Assembly: GCA_039810425.1 (NCBI GenBank) | Contig: JBDHWW010000015.1 | Span: 1-64,000, forward strand | Direction of reading: 5' to 3' | Origin: Pseudobdellovibrionaceae bacterium | GTDB lineage: Bacteria; Bdellovibrionota; Bdellovibrionia; Bdellovibrionales; Bdellovibrionaceae | DNA: 64,000 nucleotides | Shown here: piece by piece, positions 8,357-18,189 of the stretch | Layout of the letters: each line of letters opens with the position of its first letter | How positions within the stretch are numbered: the stretch's first letter is position 1 | Position numbers and translations under genes: made by a program | The notes under the pieces: generated by a model | The model's database searches: none | Seen by the model: only the letters and a program-made list of their open reading frames with translations | Told to the model about the DNA's origin: nothing

Positions 8357-9049
8357 CTAACCTCGATTGAAATACTCAAAGTGCATTCCGTCTTTGCGCT
8401 TGAATCTTCCTCCCCAGTAGAAGCCATTCTTTTCAAAAATCTTGACGACCTCTGGGTTCATTTCGGGATTGTTATTTCCAAGCTCGTTGCCCTTATAGTT
8501 CAGGTCAATGGCAATCGCCCATGAGTGAAGGCTCATGGTCGTGCTAGAGCCGCGAATCTTTCGGATGTTGAAACAGCCGTCGAAGGTTTTGATTTCATCG
8601 GTAAGACCCGCCAAAACGATTTCCTCAAATACCTTTTGAAAGACCGAGACCAGAAGCTTGTGACAGTAGAACCCTCGTGCGGTTGAACCCTTCTTGATCG
8701 GAAAAGCCTTCAGCGTGGGTGCGAGTTCGCAGAACGCAAGGTTTGCCGATGACCATCCCGAAGACAACGGATCGCCGAAAGTCTCTTTGACCTCGGTGTA
8801 GTTTTTTGGACGCTTTGGAGCGCGAGCGTTTTCTGGCGGCGCTTTTTGAATATCAAGCGCACTCCAAGTTTTGGGGCCGACAATTCCATCAACTTTCAGT
8901 CCACGCGACTTCTGAAAAAGCTGGACACCTCTTTCAGTGATCGGGCCGAACTTTCCGTCAATGGCACCCCCGTAATAGCCCAGCTCTTTCAATTTTTCCT
9001 GAAGCAGCTCAACACTTGTACCTGAAGCGTTTAGTTTGATTTTTTCCAT
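8357..9049 (-). CDS. Endolysin: peptidoglycan-binding domain + M15 zinc peptidase
   Basis: DGKFGPITE/DGIVGPKTW PG-binding repeats; SLHSWAIAID and DGMHFE motifs. Confidence 0.92.
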   Translation of the reverse strand: MEKIKLNASGTSVELLQEKLKELGYYGGAIDGKFGPITERGVQLFQKSRGLKVDGIVGPKTWSALDIQKAPPENARAPKRPKNYTEVKETFGDPLSSGWSSANLAFCELAPTLKAFPIKKGSTARGFYCHKLLVSVFQKVFEEIVLAGLTDEIKTFDGCFNIRKIRGSSTTMSLHSWAIAIDLNYKGNELGNNNPEMNPEVVKIFEKNGFYWGGRFKRKDGMHFEYFNRG

Positions 9050-9077
9050 GGGTCCTCCTTGGTTTTAGGCTTCGTCT

Positions 9078-9431
9078 TTACGGCAGCCGTTTTTGTTGAA
9101 TTTGTTCGTCAAGGTCGTAAACGCGCCTCTCCCAGTTGGAGATTTGATCGCCGCAATTGTTTTTCTCTTTGCAGACCTTGATGATGAACGTTTTGATTTC
9201 GACCCAAGATGTGATGGGAACCTGAACCATCGTGGGCCTGAGCTCCCACCAAGTAAGACCATTGAGTTTATTTTCTTCATCGACGAAGAAAGACTTGTCA
9301 GAAATTGTGTTGGTGCAAAAACCTCTCGTCATTGAGAGTTCTGTGCAGATGGGAACGTCTGGCGGCTTGGTTGCGCATCCGACTTCAAGAAGCAAACTTA
9401 ACAAGAGGAACAAACTTCTGAATGAGTTCAT
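9078..9431 (-). CDS. Lipoprotein, o-spanin-like
   Basis: Signal peptide with lipobox LEVGC; overlaps the upstream membrane-protein gene. Confidence 0.6.
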   Translation of the reverse strand: MNSFRSLFLLLSLLLEVGCATKPPDVPICTELSMTRGFCTNTISDKSFFVDEENKLNGLTWWELRPTMVQVPITSWVEIKTFIIKVCKEKNNCGDQISNWERRVYDLDEQIQQKRLP

Positions 9432-9732
9432 TCTCGGCCTCCTTCAGAGCGTCTGTTTTTCCCTCACGTTGCAATTTCCAGTAGTTCAAAGCCGCAGACT
9501 CAAAGTCGCGCCCCTGAGCTGCAACTCGCATATCTATGAAGAGAAAAAACACTTGGGTTTCAGCTTTCGTCGCTGCGAGTGTTAAGACTTTAGAAATTCC
9601 CCATTCGACCAATGGGTTGATGAGCGGAAGAGAAAAGAACCCGCCAAGGGCTATGAGTTCAGCCATGACAGCTTTCGTCCCAAGCAGAACGAAAGCCGAC
9701 CGGATGGAATTGACATAATCATCGCGGTTCAT
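9385..9732 (-). CDS. Membrane protein, i-spanin-like candidate
   Basis: Hydrophobic N-half; overlaps the lipoprotein gene by 47 bp. Confidence 0.45.
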   Translation of the reverse strand: MNRDDYVNSIRSAFVLLGTKAVMAELIALGGFFSLPLINPLVEWGISKVLTLAATKAETQVFFLFIDMRVAAQGRDFESAALNYWKLQREGKTDALKEAENELIQKFVPLVKFAS

Positions 9733-9734
9733 GG

Positions 9735-10208
9735 TCAGGTTGATTTTTTGCCGCCGAGAATTTTCTGAATGACTTCGATGATGGAAAGCCAAACGCTGCC
9801 AACTCCGGGAATGGCTTTAATAGTATTGAGAAGTTCATGAAGAATGATGGCGCCCGCACCGGCGGAGATAAACGCAAGTGCGCTTGCCCAGTTCAGATCA
9901 GAGCCGAGCGAGGCGATACCGAATATCAGCCCGAGCAAAGGTGCGGCCCAGGCTTTTGCGTTTCCCAGTTTGTCCCAGATCAATTCTCGAAGGACGCTGA
10001 CCTTCAATGTCGAAATCAAGATCGCTGCAATCCCTGCGATTTTTAAAACCCAGGGAAGCCCCCCGAACTGTTTCACGAAAGTTAGAACCTGCGTAAAGAA
10101 TCCATCGACGGTTTCCACAGGCAGAGGAACCGTTTCCTGGGCAAAGACAATGATCGTAAAGAGCATCATCGAAAAAGCGAGCGTGAGAGTTCTAAAGGCG
10201 TTTTTCAT
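9735..10208 (-). CDS. Multi-TM membrane protein (holin candidate)
   Basis: AAGGAGG SD before ATG 10208; signal plus several TM helices; lysis context. Confidence 0.55.
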   Translation of the reverse strand: MKNAFRTLTLAFSMMLFTIIVFAQETVPLPVETVDGFFTQVLTFVKQFGGLPWVLKIAGIAAILISTLKVSVLRELIWDKLGNAKAWAAPLLGLIFGIASLGSDLNWASALAFISAGAGAIILHELLNTIKAIPGVGSVWLSIIEVIQKILGGKKST

Positions 10209-10230
10209 TTTTCCTCCTTGGAAAGTTTTT

Positions 10231-10569
10231 TTATCGAGTGCCTTTGCTGACGCCGGGAGCTTTTGATCCACCGTTCGTCAGTAAAATGTTGTAAATGGAA
10301 TCAATTTTTTGACTCTGATCGCGGATCATCTGCTCGATTCGAGCGTTGTCCGTTTTGCGCTGAGTGGATTCAGCATTGAGTTGTTCTTTTGTGGCGTAAC
10401 GATTTTCAACTGCGACAACAAAGGAAGTGATCTTGCTTGCGCCGGAGAAAAAGAAAGATGAAACGCCGACGACAATTGCGATGAATGTTTGAATGGCCGC
10501 GAAGTGAAGCGGCTTAAGTTTTATTGTGTTGGAGTCGGCACGTTCTCTATTTGACATCTGTAGCTTCAT
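10231..10569 (-). CDS. Single-TM coiled-coil protein of the lysis cassette
   Basis: One TM segment followed by a coiled coil. Confidence 0.5.
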   Translation of the reverse strand: MKLQMSNRERADSNTIKLKPLHFAAIQTFIAIVVGVSSFFFSGASKITSFVVAVENRYATKEQLNAESTQRKTDNARIEQMIRDQSQKIDSIYNILLTNGGSKAPGVSKGTR

Positions 10570-10633
10570 GCTAACGATGTCAAATAGAGCGCATAATGTT
10601 TCGTTTTAGACGTGTTGAACTCTCGTCAGTTCT

Positions 10634-11641
10634 TTAGTCTGCAAGAGAGGTTTCGATGAAAGATAAAACCTCAGAAGGAGTCGGCAGAATTTTTTCCATC
10701 AATCCATCCGGCAGAACATCAACTTTGACCTCTTCATCCTGCGCTGGAAAATGGTCGGTGTAATTCCAGATGCCGTCATGCCCAAGGTTTTTCGTTCTCC
10801 ACCCCCAAGATCCATTTCTCCAATGAGTGATGTAGTCTGGGTGCTTACAAGAAGCGATAAAGCCAATGTGCGCGCTTCCTGAAGCGGCAATATGAATGGG
10901 TGATGAGTCGTTTGAGATCAGCACCTTGCAATTTTGAAGAAGCCAAACCAGCTCTTTCAAGTTGGTCTGATTGCGAAGATCAATACAGCCTTCGGGGTTC
11001 ACATCGACGGTTCCAGTTCCATCGGTTGAAAGCATTTTTCCGTCTTTGCCGACCAAGATCGGGATCAAACCTTTTTCGCTGATCGTTTGAAGGACCGAAT
11101 CCCACCATGCTTTCGGAAACGTTTTTGAAGGCCAGTGCTTTCCGGCGTGAATTGCGACATATTTCTTGGGGTCTTTCTCAAGAGAATCAGCCCAGTCCGT
11201 ATGCGGTTTTTCAGCGGTGAGAATGATCTCGCGGTCCCGAATTGGAAGCTGCTTTTTGAACATACAGATTGAGCAGTAGTCCACGGCCTGAGTCAGACAA
11301 TGACTGTAGAAATCCCAGGCAAGATGTTCCGTTGGAACTATCGAATAGAAGGCCATGAAATCTGATGGATCAATTCTTTCTTTTCTCAGGTCAAAAACTC
11401 CCTCGAATTTCAAATGGGAAAAGAGCTCTGGACACTCAGATGCCAGATAGATTTTTTTATTCGGGAAGTTCTTGAGTGCCCATCTGATTGCTGGCTCGGC
11501 ACAAACCTGATCGCCAAGACCTCCCCAGGTCACGAGCAGAACTTTGCCCGTGACGCCTTTCAATTTTGCCATTTCAAGATTCCAAGACGGAATCATTGGA
11601 CCCGGAATCAACACTTGCGGAGTTTTAAATTGTAAATTCAT
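10634..11641 (-). CDS. Glycosyltransferase family 9 (heptosyltransferase-like, GT-B)
   Basis: GGLGDQV, AIHAG..WPSKTFP, DLRNQTNL.EL, LISNDSSPIHIAA motifs. Confidence 0.88.
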   Translation of the reverse strand: MNLQFKTPQVLIPGPMIPSWNLEMAKLKGVTGKVLLVTWGGLGDQVCAEPAIRWALKNFPNKKIYLASECPELFSHLKFEGVFDLRKERIDPSDFMAFYSIVPTEHLAWDFYSHCLTQAVDYCSICMFKKQLPIRDREIILTAEKPHTDWADSLEKDPKKYVAIHAGKHWPSKTFPKAWWDSVLQTISEKGLIPILVGKDGKMLSTDGTGTVDVNPEGCIDLRNQTNLKELVWLLQNCKVLISNDSSPIHIAASGSAHIGFIASCKHPDYITHWRNGSWGWRTKNLGHDGIWNYTDHFPAQDEEVKVDVLPDGLMEKILPTPSEVLSFIETSLAD

Positions 11642-11650
11642 AATGCCCCC

Positions 11651-12982
11651 TTACTCCGACCATCTGACTTCGATGAGGTCATAAACGGATTCAGCGTGAG
11701 GCGCTAAGAACCCGCCAAAGATTCGCTCCGTCGGACTGACTGTGATGGTCGCGCCAGGTGTGACATCAATCGTGAAAGTATTCGGTGCATTTCCAGATCT
11801 GAAATCTCTGAAACCAAGAACCGCAACGGGGCTGTTAAACTGGGAGGTTGTGCCGTTGCCAAGCTCACCCCCGAAATTTGAACCCCATCCAAGAATGCCA
11901 ACTTCGGGAAGATTCGTGTCTTTCATCATTCCAAAGCAGCCGCCAGTGCCTCCGGCTTTGATCGCAAGATATTTGCGGCCGCCGACAACCTCCGTCGGAG
12001 TTGATCTTGCCGTGGTATCACCAACGCCAAGGCTCCCCCCAATGTTGTAGCCCCAGGAGAACGCTTTATAAGTGTCTTTCTCGATCGCGTAGCAGGAATC
12101 ATTTGAAGCTGCGATGTCGATATACTTGCGGCCACCAGCAACGAGCACCGGAGAGGAATACTCAACCGAGTAACTGCCAGGAACTCCGTTTCCAATCTGT
12201 CCGAAGGAGTGTGAGCCCCAAACGTAAACGTCAAAATCTGTCGTCAGACCCATTGTGTGATTGTTTCCGACGGCAACTTTCAGCCATTTTTTTCCACCCA
12301 CAACGAGAGTCGGAGACGAAACCTCATTCCCGGTTCCATGACCGAGCTTGCCGGAAAGACCATCCCCCCAGGTATAAAGATCCTGGTTCACGTCGATCAT
12401 TCCCGTGTGCGAAACACCTACGTCAAAACCGATCACTCGTCTCATGCCAGCCACGGCGACCGGAGAGGAGCGTCCTGTCGTTGTCCCATCTCCAACGCCG
12501 CCATAGAAATTTCCTCCCCACATATAAAGATTGAGAGTGTCTTTTTCTAAGGCTGCGCCGTTATTTGAACCAACATCGCAAGCAATGTATCGGCGGCCTC
12601 CAGCGACAGCCGTTGGTGTTGATTTCGGAATGATCGTTCCATCACCAATGTTGAATCCAAAGCCGCTGGCAGATCCCCAGCAATACGCAATCCCTGTGAC
12701 TTGCTCGATGGCGATGCCGTGATCTTCTCCGGTGCCGCAAGCAATCCAGCGTTTCGCGGCAGCGAGATTGATCGGAAATGATTTTGAAACGTTTGTTCCG
12801 TCGCCTAAGTTCCCGCTGAAAGCGTCTCCCGTACCCCATAGGAGTCCGTTCTCATCAACGAAGTGGGATGCCTTGTTCATTGAAACTCTGAACAAAGCAC
12901 TTCTAAATGTGACGACTGCTTTTGTGACGCCGGCTGGAACTTTCCATGTTCCTTTGTATCGGAAAGCTAAATATCCGTTCAT
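11651..12982 (-). CDS. RCC1/BLIP-II beta-propeller tail or receptor-binding protein
   Basis: About seven WG.N..G.LG.G...SP..V.G repeats. Confidence 0.85.
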   Translation of the reverse strand: MNGYLAFRYKGTWKVPAGVTKAVVTFRSALFRVSMNKASHFVDENGLLWGTGDAFSGNLGDGTNVSKSFPINLAAAKRWIACGTGEDHGIAIEQVTGIAYCWGSASGFGFNIGDGTIIPKSTPTAVAGGRRYIACDVGSNNGAALEKDTLNLYMWGGNFYGGVGDGTTTGRSSPVAVAGMRRVIGFDVGVSHTGMIDVNQDLYTWGDGLSGKLGHGTGNEVSSPTLVVGGKKWLKVAVGNNHTMGLTTDFDVYVWGSHSFGQIGNGVPGSYSVEYSSPVLVAGGRKYIDIAASNDSCYAIEKDTYKAFSWGYNIGGSLGVGDTTARSTPTEVVGGRKYLAIKAGGTGGCFGMMKDTNLPEVGILGWGSNFGGELGNGTTSQFNSPVAVLGFRDFRSGNAPNTFTIDVTPGATITVSPTERIFGGFLAPHAESVYDLIEVRWSE

Positions 12983-12990
12983 AAATCCTC

Positions 12991-13893
12991 CTAGATTGAA
13001 AACCAGTCCGCTCCATCTGAAATAAGCGTTTTGGACTGATGATTGATTTGCATTAGAAATGGCACGTTAAGCCCTTCGATCTTCGAGATGCCTGGCGGTG
13101 TGATCGTTAAGTTGTTGATCGCCGCGAAGCCCTGATAATCTTTCAGCGTCACGATGTAATTCAGCCGCGGACTCGGCAGTAGAACTTCCAGCGGCCCTGA
13201 AGACAGATCGACCAACATTGTTTTGCCGTTATGAGATTCATTGAGCTGAAACGGTCCTCCAAGGATCATCCCAACGCCAGCGCCGCCCTTACCTGGGTGA
13301 CTCATGTAAAGGCCGTTCGTTCCACCCGTGATGCGATAGAAGTTTCGCTGATTGGTTGACGAGTTTACGAAGGTGCTCGTGAACGCGAGCCAAACTTGAT
13401 CCGCAAAACAATCCGAAGACGAGATCGTAAAATTTCCGGCAACACGGCAGCCGACAAATACATTTCTTGGCGCACTCATGGTCACGTTGCCGTTGATTTC
13501 CGACTGGTAGCCCAAACCTTTCACCACGACTCCAGTCGAATCATTAAGATTCAGATTTCCTGTCATCGAGCCTTCAAGAACGAGCATCACGCCGCCGCCC
13601 TGGGCGACTACTTCGTCATAGGCTTCTTGAGGGTCGTCGTGAGTGGCAGCACCCGCATTCTTTTGTGCGGTCGTTCCAAGAACAGATCTGATCTGTCCAC
13701 CGACGCGATCCGCGCTTTCAACGGCATACCGAAGCCACTGGTCGATTGAATATAAAAGCCAGTTCATGTTCTGTGCTGGCAGAGGCTCGTTAGGACTCCA
13801 CCCTTGGTTTTTCTTAGAACCTGAAGGTTCAACAACCTTCTGAGGGTCGTTGTCTGGTGTCCAATTTAAAAATGGGACTGTCGGTCGTGCCAT
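12991..13893 (-). CDS. Tail fibre protein
   Basis: N-term GW...E.LPAQNMNWL baseplate-attachment motif; C-term LPSP...KDY.G..NNLTI...W fibre domain. Confidence 0.75.
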   Translation of the reverse strand: MARPTVPFLNWTPDNDPQKVVEPSGSKKNQGWSPNEPLPAQNMNWLLYSIDQWLRYAVESADRVGGQIRSVLGTTAQKNAGAATHDDPQEAYDEVVAQGGGVMLVLEGSMTGNLNLNDSTGVVVKGLGYQSEINGNVTMSAPRNVFVGCRVAGNFTISSSDCFADQVWLAFTSTFVNSSTNQRNFYRITGGTNGLYMSHPGKGGAGVGMILGGPFQLNESHNGKTMLVDLSSGPLEVLLPSPRLNYIVTLKDYQGFAAINNLTITPPGISKIEGLNVPFLMQINHQSKTLISDGADWFSI

Positions 13894-13904
13894 AACTCAT
13901 CCTT

Positions 13905-14480
13905 TCAATAAAGATCCGCAAGAAGTCCTCCGGCATTCGGGTCATTCACGTCTCCGAATCCGGTTCCACCGTTAAAAACAAAGGCGTTCGCCTCGTCGAA
14001 TTGCCCGAAGGAATCCAAAGACACTCCCGCAGGAAGAAATTTTTTAAGTTGGCCGCGAATCTTGGCGCGGTTCTGTGGGGGAACAACCGTTGACGAAAAA
14101 ATGTCAACCGCAGCCGGATAGACTTCCAGATACCAGATGAAAATTGAGCCGATGAAAAACTTCGCCGCCGCAATGATTTCTTCCGGTGTTCCTTGATTTA
14201 GATTCATGATGATTTTGGCTTTGATAAGAAGACGATAGTCTTCGTCTTCCTGGGCGTACTCTCTTTCAAGGCCCACAATCTCGCCAATTTTGTCGAGCTG
14301 AACGCCGACGGCTGAATCAATCCATCGCTCGGTTTTAAGCTGAAGAAGTACGTCCTCGATGTCTTGAAGCGGAGTCACCAGAGCTTCAACAATGCCTTCA
14401 ACTTTTTGTTTTCCCTTGTACTGCTGAATCAGTCGGTTCTTGGCTCTCGTAACGTGGTCGGAAATATATGTTGAACTCAT
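13905..14480 (-). CDS. Baseplate wedge protein (DUF2612-like)
   Basis: IDSAVGVQLDKIGEIVG..R..D..YR..IKAKI; PAGV. Confidence 0.8.
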   Translation of the reverse strand: MSSTYISDHVTRAKNRLIQQYKGKQKVEGIVEALVTPLQDIEDVLLQLKTERWIDSAVGVQLDKIGEIVGLEREYAQEDEDYRLLIKAKIIMNLNQGTPEEIIAAAKFFIGSIFIWYLEVYPAAVDIFSSTVVPPQNRAKIRGQLKKFLPAGVSLDSFGQFDEANAFVFNGGTGFGDVNDPNAGGLLADLY

Positions 14481-15970
14481 AGCGCATTCACCACGGTGTT
14501 TGATTCGGCAAACGAAGCCACCTCAAACGGTAGGATATTGATATTGTCATCGAGTGCCGGATCACCCGGAGTATTGGAAACGGGAACTTTATCAATGCGG
14601 ACTCGGACATCCAAAATTCCCGGAATATCCGCGAACTGTGAAATCAAACGAGGATAGACAATCACGTCCTGGCCGATGGCGAGAGCATTGCCCCAAGACA
14701 GAACTCTGTTCTTTGCCGTGAGAGCTCCGTTACTTGGAAACTCGACGGGATCAATTGTCAGATCAAGACTCAGGAAAATTGCAACCTGAGTGGGTCTGCT
14801 GAAACGGATGACCCGCGAAACACCTTGCGAATCAAGAACACTTTCGGTCAGCACCCCATGCGTTCTGATTCCAGCAGGTTTTGACTTCCAGAGTGTTTCA
14901 GCAATCAGCGCAGTCGTGCCGCCATCAATCACGCTTTCATAAGATTTTCCAGGTCGGCCATCACCATCAGTTTCAAGAGTGTCGTTCTCGAAAATAAAAG
15001 CATTTGTGACACCTTCAAGATTCAAAATGCGCGAGCGGATTGCCTCAAGGGTTGCGTTCCCCCCAACGGCCAACGTTTCTTTTCTGCGAGCTTTGAATTG
15101 AACGTCTGTCTCGCGGTTCCTTCCAATCGTGGTGCTTTCAACGTTGATTGTGCTCGTAAGACCTGAAACCGGAGTATCAATGACCGTGAGTGTTCCGATG
15201 GGCGCATCAATTGGGCCAGTCTCAAGGGCCTCAAGGTCAACGATGCCCTGAACTTCTCCGACTTGATCGTGAGCAATCGTCATGAGCACCGGATCAGATT
15301 CTTCGGTCAGCGTGTTCGTTTGCACCGCCAAAAGATCTTGAGGCTGAAGTCCATCAGCGCCATCAAATTCAATCGTGAATCCGCTTGCAAAATCGCCAGT
15401 GACAACGACGCCACTGAGTCTGACCAAAGCATTCAGAGCATTTTGAACGTCGGCTGCCGTTGCGCTATAAGGAATGAGGCTTGTGACAAAGCCTCGATGC
15501 CGAAGCGAGAAGGAGCCGCCATCGGGTGCAATTGCAAAATTGATGGTTTGGATCGCGTTTAATCCCGCGACAAGGATCACCGTGTTGCGGGTTTTGAATT
15601 TTGCGTCCGGGTTTCCATCGACTGAAAACTGCGTGTTAATAGGAATCGAAGCTCCAACGTCCCCGAAAAGGAGTTGGTTCTTCTGAACCGATTTTGCAGC
15701 GTCAATGATTTCAATTCCGTTGAAGGCGGCCGCATTGTAAAGGCTGACACCTTCGGCATCGTCTGGATACTGTGAGTGATAAACGTCTTCGATCAGTTCC
15801 CAGATTTCGGCTTCACGATCCGCGAACACCCCAACGATCTGTCCAAAGACCGTTTCCGGTAAAAGATTGATCGAGTTTCCCAGGCGTTGCCTAAGTACGT
15901 TTTCAATTTCCGGCTTGATGTCAGCAAGCCTTTTGATTTCAAGTCCGGTTGCAGAGAGTCCAAAAGCCAT
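14477..15970 (-). CDS. Baseplate J/gp47-like protein
   Basis: GRNRETDVQFKARR, KPAGIRTHG, FSRPT motifs. Confidence 0.88.
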   Translation of the reverse strand: MAFGLSATGLEIKRLADIKPEIENVLRQRLGNSINLLPETVFGQIVGVFADREAEIWELIEDVYHSQYPDDAEGVSLYNAAAFNGIEIIDAAKSVQKNQLLFGDVGASIPINTQFSVDGNPDAKFKTRNTVILVAGLNAIQTINFAIAPDGGSFSLRHRGFVTSLIPYSATAADVQNALNALVRLSGVVVTGDFASGFTIEFDGADGLQPQDLLAVQTNTLTEESDPVLMTIAHDQVGEVQGIVDLEALETGPIDAPIGTLTVIDTPVSGLTSTINVESTTIGRNRETDVQFKARRKETLAVGGNATLEAIRSRILNLEGVTNAFIFENDTLETDGDGRPGKSYESVIDGGTTALIAETLWKSKPAGIRTHGVLTESVLDSQGVSRVIRFSRPTQVAIFLSLDLTIDPVEFPSNGALTAKNRVLSWGNALAIGQDVIVYPRLISQFADIPGILDVRVRIDKVPVSNTPGDPALDDNINILPFEVASFAESNTVVNAL

Positions 15971-15973
15971 TCC

Positions 15974-16336
15974 TTAGCCTCCGAAAGTTTCAGTAAAAAA
16001 ATTGATCTCACCGGAATAGGACGTGTATTCAAATTCGACGCTTAATGCGCGCGCCGTGGAGTCGAAACTCATCGTGAAACTGACAAGCTCGATAACTCCG
16101 GGCGTGGTGAGAATGATCTGTTTTAAAATGCCATCGACCTGATTGACGTTCGGGTTCTTAACCAAAATGTCTTGGAAGTAAGGAACGCCAACGTCCAAAT
16201 CCAAAAACCATTCGCCCAAGAACGTGCGGAGTTTTTGTTGAAGATGCTGTCTAACGGCGTCGTCTCCATTGGTCAGTTGAAGGCTTCCGTTTTTGATTTC
16301 TAAATCGCCGTCAGCGCCAAGTTTTAAGTCACTCAT
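15974..16336 (-). CDS. Baseplate gp25/W-like sheath initiator
   Basis: LRTFLGEWFLDLDVGVPY...ILTTPGV. Confidence 0.8.
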   Translation of the reverse strand: MSDLKLGADGDLEIKNGSLQLTNGDDAVRQHLQQKLRTFLGEWFLDLDVGVPYFQDILVKNPNVNQVDGILKQIILTTPGVIELVSFTMSFDSTARALSVEFEYTSYSGEINFFTETFGG

Positions 16337-17034
16337 GGAGCCACCTTCACTTTCGCGCTTGCCACGTCATTGACCGTGGGAGGTGGACTGGCTGGCGGAC
16401 TTGTGTTCGACGGTCCCGCAGGTGTGTCCACATAGGGATGCGTGTGGGTTTTGACGTAGTTACTTAAGGCTTCGATTTCCTGTTTCACTTTCGAGGCAAT
16501 GGCTACGAACTCCGAAAGCGAGTGATCCCCAAGTAAGAGCTGCGAAGCTTTGATTGAAATACTGCCATCAGCCTTGATAAAGACCTCTGCCGTATCGTTT
16601 ACGATTTCAATCGCTTCCGGCTCAGTGACTTGAAAAGGCTCCTTGTTCGGATAGAGACAAGGTTTAACGTAGGCGTCCGACAGGTGATGTTTTCTAGGAT
16701 CTTCAGGATCGACGATGCCGCCTTTCGCATTCCAGTTTTCAAGACTTCTTTCGCTAAAGCAGATTTCAACTGAATCGCCTTCTTTAAGAGGCAAATGAAT
16801 ACGGGCTTTTCCGGCGCGAGGATGGGCGACGGGAACGTTCGTCAACAATGGAAGCTCGACGGTTTTTCCATCGGGATATTTTCTTTTAAGCGCCGGACGA
16901 ACATCGGCGACTTGCTTTTGCGGATCGTACTTCGCAATGACCCCAGGCATGGAGGTGTGAAGCTGGACAAGGCGTTGTTCCATCGCGGTTTTTAATACTT
17001 CTTCAAGTTGCGGAGAAAATTGGGTTTCACTCAT
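16333..17034 (-). CDS. Baseplate spike (Gp138-like)
   Basis: LHTSMPG, LPLLTNVPV, RKHHLSDA, C-terminal HTH (His-Thr-His) metal tip. Confidence 0.85.
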   Translation of the reverse strand: MSETQFSPQLEEVLKTAMEQRLVQLHTSMPGVIAKYDPQKQVADVRPALKRKYPDGKTVELPLLTNVPVAHPRAGKARIHLPLKEGDSVEICFSERSLENWNAKGGIVDPEDPRKHHLSDAYVKPCLYPNKEPFQVTEPEAIEIVNDTAEVFIKADGSISIKASQLLLGDHSLSEFVAIASKVKQEIEALSNYVKTHTHPYVDTPAGPSNTSPPASPPPTVNDVASAKVKVAP

Positions 17035-17873
17035 GCAATTTCAATCCTTGTGAACCAAGCCGTGTCAGCGGTGTCGCCCTCATGGGAAACCTTCTCGACG
17101 CGAAACTGTCCGTTGACGAACTTGCTTTGAATTTCAACCGTTCGGCCTGGGTTGATGTCAGGTTGAAGGAGTGAGACGACTTCAAGGCCCTTGTCTTTTT
17201 TGTTCGGGCTTCCAATCAATCCGGTTTCTGCGGACAGTAGAAATGCGGCCTGATCCGTTGATTTCCCTTTAGGAAGAATTTGAAGCGCGCCATTTTGCAC
17301 GGACCATTCAAGATCCATTTTGTCCGTGAGATAATTCATGTGATCTCTCACGGGGCCGGAGAGTGAGAGCCCCCCTGAAAATGCTTTTTCGGGGATTCCT
17401 TTTTGTTCGCCACGAGCAAGGCCCATCGTATTTGTCAGGGTTTGGAAGATGTCTTTTGCTGGCGTTCCTTGCTTAAAACTCACGTCAACGCGGGAATTTT
17501 GAAATGACTTAAGACCGTCACCGACTTCAAACGTCGTAACGGAATCAGGCCCCCCGATGGTGGAAATGACTCTTGATGGATTTCCACGGAAAAGAAGTTT
17601 CGGTTCTTTTCCGTATCCGGCAAAAAGCTCGATGATGTTGTCTTTGTTCTCAGCAAGACTTCGAGAGTTTGACGAAAGATTGTAAATGCGGATTTCAGCT
17701 TTATTGATGGTGCTTGAAGTGTCTTTTTCGATTTTAAAGCCAATGCGAAAGCCAGGAACCCCTGTGTCTTGTGGGTCTTCCGAATAGATGCGGCTGGCGA
17801 AGTTAAGTCCCGCAACTCCTTCAAGGCCGAAATTTAAAACCGCAAGACGGTCAAAAAGCTCTTGGCTATCCAC
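17031..17873 (-). CDS. Baseplate hub protein
   Basis: GAGGAGG before GTG 17873; IRIYNLS, WSVQNG, ETGLIGSP, HEGDT motifs. Confidence 0.8.
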   Translation of the reverse strand: MDSQELFDRLAVLNFGLEGVAGLNFASRIYSEDPQDTGVPGFRIGFKIEKDTSSTINKAEIRIYNLSSNSRSLAENKDNIIELFAGYGKEPKLLFRGNPSRVISTIGGPDSVTTFEVGDGLKSFQNSRVDVSFKQGTPAKDIFQTLTNTMGLARGEQKGIPEKAFSGGLSLSGPVRDHMNYLTDKMDLEWSVQNGALQILPKGKSTDQAAFLLSAETGLIGSPNKKDKGLEVVSLLQPDINPGRTVEIQSKFVNGQFRVEKVSHEGDTADTAWFTRIEIA

Positions 17874-18189
17874 CGGAGGCCTCCTCGTAATAGAGAAGGA
17901 CACGGTTGCCGAGATCAGCTTCCAAAGGTGGAAGGTCTTGATTGGAGGTATCGACCGCAAAGAAGCGGCCCGGAGGCCCACCGACGACACGAAAGCGCGA
18001 GGTCAGATCCATTGCGACCAGAATCGGAATCCCTGCAAGCAGAGTGATGCCTTGCTGATTGCTAATATCCATCGCCCAACGTTCACGGCGGCGGTTGTAT
18101 CTAAAAGCCAAACGATACGGAGTGCCTTCAAGCGCGATCTGAAACTCGTAGGATGGAATATCGGAACGAACTGGAATTTGGAGGATCAA
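17866..18189 (-). CDS. Small baseplate protein
   Basis: I.LEGT.Y.L.FRYN.R..RW.MDI...LLAGIP pattern; position. Confidence 0.7.
   Translation of the reverse strand: MILQIPVRSDIPSYEFQIALEGTPYRLAFRYNRRRERWAMDISNQQGITLLAGIPILVAMDLTSRFRVVGGPPGRFFAVDTSNQDLPPLEADLGNRVLLYYEEASGG

Noticed and set aside
11651..13893. Diversity-generating retroelement or invertible tail-fibre cassette
   Set aside because: No reverse transcriptase, template/variable repeat pair or inverted fibre segments were seen in the window.
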